From Candidatus Limnocylindrales bacterium (GTDB lineage Bacteria > Moduliflexota > Moduliflexia > Moduliflexales > JAUQPW01), in NCBI GenBank assembly GCA_035559535.1, contig DATMBG010000004.1, positions 1 through 64,000 of the forward strand: a stretch of 64,000 bases of DNA, read 5' to 3'. The notes below the pieces were generated by a model. It ran no database searches and was not told the origin of the DNA. It worked only from the letters and a program-made list of their open reading frames with translations. Shown here in pieces: positions 29,427-37,210 of this stretch. Positions within the stretch are counted from its first letter, which is position 1, and each line of letters starts with the position of its first letter. Position numbers and translations under genes: made by a program.

Positions 29427-30224
29427 TTAATAGTAATAGTAATAATAATTGGGAGAAATGACGTCCAGGCTGTTCAGCACAACTCCCAGAACGTTAATGC
29501 CTTCCAGGAGTTTTAAAGCGGAAACTACATCCGCTCGGGGTGTTCGACCGGCCTGGGCAACCAGGATGACCCCATCCACCTGCCTGGCCAGGATACTGGG
29601 GTCTGTGGTCGGTAACAGGGGTGCCGAATCGAAAATGATATAGCGATCCTGGTATCTGTTTTTGATCTCTTTAACCAGATTTTTCATTTTCTCTGAGGCC
29701 AGCAACTCAGAAGGATTAGGGGGCATTTGACCCGCTGGAAGAATGGTTAGCTTGTTAATTTCCGTTTTCACCAGGAGTTTAGCCAGATCAATATTCTTGG
29801 TTAAGTAATCCGACAAACCATACCTGGATTCAATATCCAGGAGTTTATGGATACAAGGCCTGCGAAAATCACAATCTACCAGGAGAACGGTCTCGTGAAC
29901 CCCTTGAGCAATGGTAATGGCCAGATTAAAGGCGGTAAGGGTCTTTCCTTCACCGGCGATGGCACTGGTAACCATAAGGGTATTTTGAAAATTAGATTTT
30001 GTACGCTGAAGGATTTGAGTACGCAGCTTTTTATATTGCTCGGCCTCGATGGATTGGGGAGCCGTCAGGGTCACCAGTCGATTACGTAAAAGGAGAGATT
30101 TCTCCAGGGGTTTTTTAGAAGGCGGCATTACCTGTATAGATTCCGGATCGGTTAAGGTAGAATCAATTCTTTGGAGTTGTCTGGCTTGGGCTGCTTTTTT
30201 TAAGGCCTCTTCGATTTTGCTCAT
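29427..30224 (-). CDS. Bacterial tyrosine autokinase (CpsD/CapB-like, Wzc kinase half)
   Basis: MSKIEEAL, EQYKKLRT, GEGKT, VDCDFRRP, FDSAP, terminal YYYYYY cluster. Confidence 0.93.
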   Translation of the reverse strand: MSKIEEALKKAAQARQLQRIDSTLTDPESIQVMPPSKKPLEKSLLLRNRLVTLTAPQSIEAEQYKKLRTQILQRTKSNFQNTLMVTSAIAGEGKTLTAFNLAITIAQGVHETVLLVDCDFRRPCIHKLLDIESRYGLSDYLTKNIDLAKLLVKTEINKLTILPAGQMPPNPSELLASEKMKNLVKEIKNRYQDRYIIFDSAPLLPTTDPSILARQVDGVILVAQAGRTPRADVVSALKLLEGINVLGVVLNSLDVISPNYYYYYY

Positions 30225-30236
30225 AATTCAAGCTCC

Positions 30237-31976
30237 TTATTTAGAAGAAATTTTTCTAAGCGGTTCCAACGCATCCTGAATAAATCCAGGTAAATTCTGA
30301 TAGTTTTTCTGAATAGCTTCCCGATAGGAAGAATTCTTGTAAAAAGTCTGCCAGGCGATAGCCGTTCCCGTTAATAAAATATAAAGACTGCATAACATAG
30401 CCATGATCCGATAGGATCTCTTTTTCCATCGAATATCCTCATCGGTAAGGATCCGGGGAATGGTAGCCAGAACCGGAACTCCTAAATAACTTTCTGCTTC
30501 CTTTTGATCGTTGAAAGGACGGTAAGTCACCTCTGTTAGAACAATGGCTCCCAAACCGGTTCCTAACCCCCCTATAAGCCCCATCAGGATAACCAGTAAC
30601 TGACTCGGACTACTGGGTTTTAGAGGAACAACGGCGGGTTCAATGATCTTAAAGGTAGTCCCTTTTTCCTTAACTTCCAGTTCCTTGGAGATACGAGCCT
30701 CCTCCAAACGCCGCAGAAGCATCTGGTAGATATCCTCATTTACCTTATAATCTCTGGTTAATCTTATATATTCCTGTTCTATGGTAGGAATGGTTTTGAC
30801 CTTCACATTATACTCTTCGATTTTCTTCTGAAGATCATCCCGACGTCTTTCGAGGGTATTGATCTCCAGTTCCGTCTTGCTTATCTCTTGAGAGAGATTC
30901 TGATAAACGGGGTTGAATTGAGCCGTACTCCAATTTATGGTAGGGCTTTTATCAGGCCTTGTATTCCGCACCTGTTTTTTAACTTCCTCAATCTCACTCC
31001 TTACCCGGATAACATCGGGATGTTGATCTTTGTACTTGGTTAGCAGGGTAGCCAATTCATTTTCCAATTCCTTCAATCGGATCTGAGCAGGATCTGATAT
31101 AGCTGGAGACGCCGAGGTAGATGGGGTAATAATGACAGGGTCTTCCATTGCAAGCTGTTTTTTCAACGTCTCCAGCTTTGTGTAAAGAGGCTTAAGGGAC
31201 ATTTCCACTTCATTTAAGCTGTTTTGATATTGCTCTAACTTAGCCAGATTAGCGTTTTGGGCTCCCCCACCCAGTAACCCTCCAACTACAGGACCACTGT
31301 TGACCTGTACTTCTTTGGATCCCCCTTCGGACTGGGTCACCGAAGTTACCGAAGTTCTATACTGCAAATCTTTAAGGTTTGCTTCTTTAAATTCCCGAAG
31401 GGTTTTTTCGGATTCTTCCAGCTTTTTCTTATATATTTGCAATTGCTCATTGATAAAATCAAAGGCCTGATAAGTATCCGATCGCTTTGCACTGATATTT
31501 TCCTCAATATACAGGGTCGTTAAGGTATCGATTAACTGTTTCACCATAACCGGATCGCTTCCCGTATAACTGACGGTAAACAAATCACTCCCCCGAATGT
31601 TAATATCTAAATGCTTTTGTATCTTTTTGATTAAAGCATCCAGCTCTTCAGGCGTGTGAACTTCCTTATCCAGATCTAATTTCTTGATCACCTTTTCAAT
31701 GATAGGGCGACTTAAAATTCCCTGGCGGATTGTACGTAACCGCTCCTGCATTTCCGAGGTTGTGGCTAAACCCCTTGTTAAGGGGTTAATAATTGAATCC
31801 CTTTCGATAAGGATCGTCATACTGGTTTGATAAGCCTCCGGGATAAAAAAACTTACTCCGGTAGCCAGGCAAAGTACTGAGAGAAAAGACCAGAAAAATA
31901 ACCAGCGACGACGGGAAAGGATCGAAAGACCGTATTGAAGATAATATTGGAGGTTAAATTGTTCTAACTTATCCAT
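30237..31976 (-). CDS. Polysaccharide chain-length determinant (Wzz/GumC-like, Wzc periplasmic half)
   Basis: N- and C-terminal TM helices, long coiled-coil, YKDQHPDV, IIEPAVVPLKP, GVPVLATIP. Confidence 0.9.
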   Translation of the reverse strand: MDKLEQFNLQYYLQYGLSILSRRRWLFFWSFLSVLCLATGVSFFIPEAYQTSMTILIERDSIINPLTRGLATTSEMQERLRTIRQGILSRPIIEKVIKKLDLDKEVHTPEELDALIKKIQKHLDINIRGSDLFTVSYTGSDPVMVKQLIDTLTTLYIEENISAKRSDTYQAFDFINEQLQIYKKKLEESEKTLREFKEANLKDLQYRTSVTSVTQSEGGSKEVQVNSGPVVGGLLGGGAQNANLAKLEQYQNSLNEVEMSLKPLYTKLETLKKQLAMEDPVIITPSTSASPAISDPAQIRLKELENELATLLTKYKDQHPDVIRVRSEIEEVKKQVRNTRPDKSPTINWSTAQFNPVYQNLSQEISKTELEINTLERRRDDLQKKIEEYNVKVKTIPTIEQEYIRLTRDYKVNEDIYQMLLRRLEEARISKELEVKEKGTTFKIIEPAVVPLKPSSPSQLLVILMGLIGGLGTGLGAIVLTEVTYRPFNDQKEAESYLGVPVLATIPRILTDEDIRWKKRSYRIMAMLCSLYILLTGTAIAWQTFYKNSSYREAIQKNYQNLPGFIQDALEPLRKISSK

Positions 31977-32099
31977 ATGCTTACCTCAATTAAAAAGATG
32001 AAAGCAAGTTGATTTAAAAAGTGTGTATAAGACCCTGGAGAAGAATATTTAACACCAGCAGTTAATTTAAAGATATAAAATCCATGGGTCAAAAGCAAA

Positions 32100-33560
32100 T
32101 TATTTTGCGCCTTTCCCCAGCAAGACCACGCCTATGGTTTTTAGAATGATAACAAGATCTAGAAACAAAGACCGATTTTTTATATAAAACAGATCATACT
32201 GAAGTTTTTCTACGGCATCTTCCACAGAGGATCCGTAGTGGAAACTAACCTGGGCCCAACCGGTAAGCCCGGGTTTTACCGTTGAACGGACTGCATAGTA
32301 AGGGGTTTCTTTTCTGAGAATTTCTACAAAGTAGGCTCTTTCCGGTCTCGGTCCCACCAGGCTCATATCCCCTTTGAGAATGTTAAAGAGTTGGGGTAAC
32401 TCATCAATCCGATACTTACGAATGAACTGGCCAATCCGGGTAATCCGCGGATCTTTATCGGTTGCCCAGACAGGGCCTGTGGTAGCTTCTGCTTCTTGAA
32501 TCATAGAACGAAATTTATGAATGGTGAAAGATCGATCCCATTGTCCTACCCGTTCCTGGGAAAAGATGATAGGTCCGCGACTTTCCAATTTTATCAAAAT
32601 GGCTACAATGAACATGAGCGGGGACGCCAGAATAAGCCCTAAAGTAGCCATCACGATGTCTAAACCTCGCTTGGAAGTCTCATTGAGTTTGGATTTTTTA
32701 AATCCATCGGAAAATATCAACCAGCCGGGTCGAAGTCCCTGAACCAGAATTTTACCGGTGAGCTGTTCGTAAAAATCTATGGAATCATAGATTTTCATAC
32801 CCCGTAGCTTATAATCCAGTAGGGTTTCCATTGGAAAAAATTTTCTCCGTTCCGCCAAAGCCACCACGATCACATCCGGGGTCGTATTCTTGATAACCTG
32901 ATTCAACTCGGTCAGGGTTCCCAGGGTAGGGGCCATCCAGGCGGTGTTAAATCGATTCCCCTTGATATCAGGCTTATTTTCCTGATCCGCATAACCCTGC
33001 ATGGAGAATTCATCTACAAAACCTATGAGTTGATAGCCCATATCCGGATTTGAAAGAATTTCCCGTGCAATGGTTTCTCCGATCTCCGAGGAACCTACAA
33101 TCAAAATTCGTTGAGGGACCCGTATGGTTTTATCGTAGATCAACCACCAAGAGCTGATCAAAATGATGGTAAATAGACCGGATAAAGCTAAAAGACTTTT
33201 ACTCTGGTTTAAAGAAGGGATAAAGTAATAACCTACTCCCAGAATACCTAAAGCAATGATAATGGAAGTAGAAATACCCAGAATTAAACTAAGGGTACCC
33301 AGTTTGACCCTGAAATTATACAAACTCAGGGTGCTGAGTTTTATCCTGAAATTATAAAGGTCAAATAAATAGAAAAAATACTGACTTAATAAGGTAAAAA
33401 GAATGGCATTCTGGAGGATAGATCCCTTCGGCACATAGGGCGAGGAAGAGATCTTGCTTCTCATCCATATGGCCATGTAAAAGGACAGGATGGGAATAAG
33501 GGTATTGACCAACCACAGGATTAAAAATCCATTCTTGGTATAGATCTTTTGGAATTTCAT
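32100..33560 (-). CDS. Priming polyprenyl-phosphate glycosylphosphotransferase (WcaJ/EpsB-like)
   Basis: KRGLDI, QERVGQ, KFRSM, DPRITRIG, RIDELPQL, GPRPER, KPGLTGWAQV, YDLFY. Confidence 0.93.
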   Translation of the reverse strand: MKFQKIYTKNGFLILWLVNTLIPILSFYMAIWMRSKISSSPYVPKGSILQNAILFTLLSQYFFYLFDLYNFRIKLSTLSLYNFRVKLGTLSLILGISTSIIIALGILGVGYYFIPSLNQSKSLLALSGLFTIILISSWWLIYDKTIRVPQRILIVGSSEIGETIAREILSNPDMGYQLIGFVDEFSMQGYADQENKPDIKGNRFNTAWMAPTLGTLTELNQVIKNTTPDVIVVALAERRKFFPMETLLDYKLRGMKIYDSIDFYEQLTGKILVQGLRPGWLIFSDGFKKSKLNETSKRGLDIVMATLGLILASPLMFIVAILIKLESRGPIIFSQERVGQWDRSFTIHKFRSMIQEAEATTGPVWATDKDPRITRIGQFIRKYRIDELPQLFNILKGDMSLVGPRPERAYFVEILRKETPYYAVRSTVKPGLTGWAQVSFHYGSSVEDAVEKLQYDLFYIKNRSLFLDLVIILKTIGVVLLGKGAK

Positions 33561-33623
33561 TCTATATGCCTCCGTACCACGATAACCTGATTTTTAGCTT
33601 CCATTTCTCTGTTCTGATCTAAG

Positions 33624-33639
33624 GCAATCTTAATGCCAA
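33624..33639 (-). promoter_or_regulatory. Sigma-54 (-24/-12) promoter of the EPS operon
   Basis: Minus strand TTGGCATTAAGATTGC = GG-N10-GC consensus, about 64 nt upstream of ATG 33560. Confidence 0.8.
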
Positions 33640-33745
33640 GGTTTTTCTAATTTCAAATCAGCTTAATTATTCTTAACTTACAGGAGTTTTTTCTTATTTT
33701 TCATCTCTAGGGATTCATAGATGGAAGTCGGGAAGTGTCCAATTT

Positions 33746-35662
33746 CTAGACGCTTTCTTCAAATCCTGGAAGACCATACTCTTTCCCTTTGTTATAAAGG
33801 GTTTGTTTTGAAATTCCTAGGATATGACCGGCTTTTTCCTTATTTCCCTGAGTGTATTCCAGCACGCGTAGAATATGTTCCTTTTCTACTTCCCTTAAGG
33901 ATTTAGGCTTGGTCTCTTTCTTAACCTTGAAATCAAAGAACTCTGGAGTGATGACTGACTTATCTGTGAGAATTATCGCTCTTTCGATGGCATTTTTTAA
34001 TTCCCGAATATTTCTCGGCCAGTCATATAAGGTGAGGGATTTCATGCAGGAGTTGGAAAAGCGGGAGATCCTCTTGGCGTATTGTTGTCGTAATTTATAA
34101 AGAAAATAACCGGCTAAAAGCGGAATATCTTCTTTCCTTTCCCTCAGGGGGGGTAAATGAAGGGGGAAGGTATTTAACCGTTCATAAAGATCTTCTCTAA
34201 AACGGCCCTCTCGGACCTCCTGTTGGAGGTTTCGATTGGTGGCTGCCAGGATTCTTATATCCACAGGAATCGGATGAGTACCTCCTAACGGCCAAATTTT
34301 CTTTTCTTCCAAAACGGTAAGGAGTTTGGCCTGGAGTTTTGGCGGAAGCTCGCCAATCTCATTAAGAAACACAACCCCTCCATGGGCCAGTTCAAATTTT
34401 CCCTTAAGGGCCTCCTTGTTGTGAAGTCCAGGATAGTTGGCTATAACTCCAAATAATTCACTCTCCAGGAGGGTTTCCGGGATGGCGGCACAGTTTACGT
34501 CTATAAAGGGTTTTCCTCTTCTTTTAGAACTCTGATGGATAGCTTTGGCAACCAAATCCTTCCCGGTCCCTGTTTCCCCGGTTATTAAAACGTTGACATC
34601 GGTATCTGCAAGTTTTTCAATAGTTTTCAAAATGTTCCTGATCCCCGGGCTTACCCCGATGATGGTACCTTCCATTTCAAGTTTATTCTCAAGCCGGGCT
34701 TTTTCATCTCGGATGGCTCGATAATCTAAATCCTTCTCTATCAGAGCAGAAATATCTGCACTGATCAGGTTTAAAAGGTTTAAGTCCCTTTCTCCAAATA
34801 GACCCTTTTGTGAGCTGGACAAATAGAGGAATCCCTGGATTTCTTTATCCCATTCCAGAGGAATGCAAATTACAGATTTTATCTGTAAACCCAGGATACT
34901 TCCGGCGGGGAGAACCCCATTTGTTTTAAATCTTTCATCTACCGAGGCATCCATCACCATCAGAGCCTTCCTTTCATCGAGAAGACGTCGAATAATGGTC
35001 TGACTGACTTTTATTTCGCCTTCCTCGGAAGGAAATTTTGCCAGACAGGTCAGGTTAGCCCCTCCCGGCTCCAATAAGACAATAAATATCCGAAGGGAAG
35101 GGTCGTGATCGGCACCCGGGTGAAGGAATTTAGCCAGCTCTTCAACGATCCCCTGTAAAGCTTCTTCCATATCCAGGGTCAGGTTTGCAAAACGACTGAG
35201 TCGGTAAAGTAGTAAAAGCCCTTCGGGATCCCCCTTTAACATTTCTACCTCTTCTTGTCTTTCGGGAGAAAGGGCATAAAAATGAACCGTTTTCATAAGA
35301 TCATTCTCATTTTCATCGGCCATAATGGTTAAGTAAGACTTCTCTACCCGGCTTTTTTTCCCCTGCTTTTGAAAAATCACCGTATAATTTCCTACACCGA
35401 TCCGGTCTTCTTCATTTACGATCCCATAATCTCTCTTCTTTCCATTGATATAGGTACCATTTTGACTGCCCAGATCCTGGAAATAATAATGACCCTCTGG
35501 ATTCGGAAAGAATATCACATGAAATCTTGAAACCGAGGGATCTGGAAGATGAATGTCGTTAAAATCATGTCTTCCGATGGAGATGGGTTTTCGTGGATCT
35601 ATCGAGATAACATTCTCGGCTTTATTAAGGTTATCCCCTTTATAAACGAACACATAATCCAT
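33746..35662 (-). CDS. FHA-GAF-AAA+-HTH enhancer-binding-protein family regulator with degenerate motifs
   Basis: FHA (IGRH..VSRFH..DLGSQNGT), GAF, Walker A GETGTGKD, FREDLYERL, C-terminal Fis-type HTH; GAFTGA replaced by ANYPGL and Walker B reads FLNE. Confidence 0.9.
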   Translation of the reverse strand: MDYVFVYKGDNLNKAENVISIDPRKPISIGRHDFNDIHLPDPSVSRFHVIFFPNPEGHYYFQDLGSQNGTYINGKKRDYGIVNEEDRIGVGNYTVIFQKQGKKSRVEKSYLTIMADENENDLMKTVHFYALSPERQEEVEMLKGDPEGLLLLYRLSRFANLTLDMEEALQGIVEELAKFLHPGADHDPSLRIFIVLLEPGGANLTCLAKFPSEEGEIKVSQTIIRRLLDERKALMVMDASVDERFKTNGVLPAGSILGLQIKSVICIPLEWDKEIQGFLYLSSSQKGLFGERDLNLLNLISADISALIEKDLDYRAIRDEKARLENKLEMEGTIIGVSPGIRNILKTIEKLADTDVNVLITGETGTGKDLVAKAIHQSSKRRGKPFIDVNCAAIPETLLESELFGVIANYPGLHNKEALKGKFELAHGGVVFLNEIGELPPKLQAKLLTVLEEKKIWPLGGTHPIPVDIRILAATNRNLQQEVREGRFREDLYERLNTFPLHLPPLRERKEDIPLLAGYFLYKLRQQYAKRISRFSNSCMKSLTLYDWPRNIRELKNAIERAIILTDKSVITPEFFDFKVKKETKPKSLREVEKEHILRVLEYTQGNKEKAGHILGISKQTLYNKGKEYGLPGFEESV

Positions 35663-36106
35663 AAAAATTTTAAACTTGTAGATTTTTTCCCAGAAAGGAT
35701 CCAGTTAGATAGCAGGGAATCGACGAATTCCTTTCTACTTTCTAACTTTTTACTTTCTGTTCCTATCCTCCGTATCTTTATCCTAAATCGGGATGATTGA
35801 TTTAAACAATCTCCAAAGGTCACAATAAAAACTTATACAGGAAGAATGACGGTAATATTTTCTTTCTCATCGGATTGAGACTCAAGTTATCCTTTAAGAA
35901 TAATAATACATGAAAAAATTTCATTTACCCACTTTAATTTCGTATAGAAGCACCCTTTGTGATAAAATACCAGCTTAAAGAAATTTTTAAGCCTATCTTT
36001 AGAGCTGGATTTGTTTTAAAATTTAAATTTACATATATATTTTTTATATTTTGGTATTTTTTTGTATTTTTTCGCAGGTTATAGATTTTTTCCCACAAAG
36101 ATGAGG

Positions 36107-36151
36107 AAAAAAAAGCAGAAGGCCCCTCGCTTTCTCCACTCCTTCTGCTTT
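36107..36151 (-). terminator. Putative intrinsic terminator
   Basis: 11-bp stem AAAGCAGAAGG/CCTTCTGCTTT (18-nt loop) running into a U-tract on the minus strand. Confidence 0.55.
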
Positions 36152-36393
36152 CCTTGATTCTTCATCCCCCTTCTCAGATTAACCGTTAAAAACTGTAAAA
36201 ATAGAGTAATTCTTTAACCAATTTGGTCTTCTATCTCTTAAATTTAATTTGTTGAGGAATTTATTAAATTCATAAACCTGCCTGAAATGCTAAAATTCCT
36301 GTCTCTTATCGGATTTACAGGGGTCCGGGCCTCCTGGCGAGTTAGCAGTTTCCTCCCTTCCTCCCCACCGGGAAAGGAATCAAGGTTTTTGAA

Positions 36394-36410
36394 AGCAATA
36401 ACCATGCCAG
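36394..36410 (-). promoter_or_regulatory. Sigma-54 (-24/-12) promoter
   Basis: Minus strand CTGGCATGGTTATTGCT = GG-N10-GC consensus. Confidence 0.72.
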
Positions 36411-37056
36411 TTTTTAAGAGCCATAACCTGTTCAGTACTCGTTCTCAGACTCCGATCTCAAAGGGGCTAACCTAAGCCCTGAAGTAATTGTTTTACAGGC
36501 AAGATGCCCACACTTTTATAAAGACAAACAGGGGAAAAGTTACAAAAACAGTTTGTCAAAGATTTGAGGTAGATTTGAATGAAGGAAGGAGGCACTTTAT
36601 CCAATTTTTATACCGGACATGGGAAATTTTCTTCCCTCTAAGAATTCCTCGAAACCGCAAAATCTACCTCGACCCATTCCCCTTTTGTCTTTAAAAAAAG
36701 ACAAAAAGAAATCTTTTTATGATATTTTCCGGGAAAGCTCTTTCTCCCAGAGTAAAAAAATTCCTAACGTTATGTAACGTATTTCATAAGAAGTTCCCCA
36801 CTGAAATTCAGTTAAATTTCTTAGGACTTTTCTTATTTTTTTACAAAATCTTCCTTATTACCTTATAGGGAAATTTTATTTTATGGATTTATATTCCAAT
36901 AATGGGCTTCTCATCTACATTAATTCCTATAAAAGAAAAGTATGTTAAATTTTCTATAAGAAATTTCTATTTCTATTGAAACCCCCTGACGGGCAAAAGA
37001 GAGTACTTAGGATTTTAATAAAAAATAGAAAAGACCTTGAAAGGTGCGAAAAGAGC

Positions 37057-37086
37057 TTGACACCTTTTATTTCCATGGTGTAAACT
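37057..37086 (+). promoter_or_regulatory. Putative sigma-70 promoter
   Basis: TTGACA-18 nt-TAAACT upstream of 37211. Confidence 0.45.
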
Positions 37087-37210
37087 TTGGGTAGTTTTTT
37101 AAGCATCTAACCTAAATTGTATATGAATTGTATACGGTAATCTTAACAGTTTAGACGTAGATGGTTAAGATAAGTTGCTTAATTTATCTCCTTAAGATTT
37201 TACGACTATT

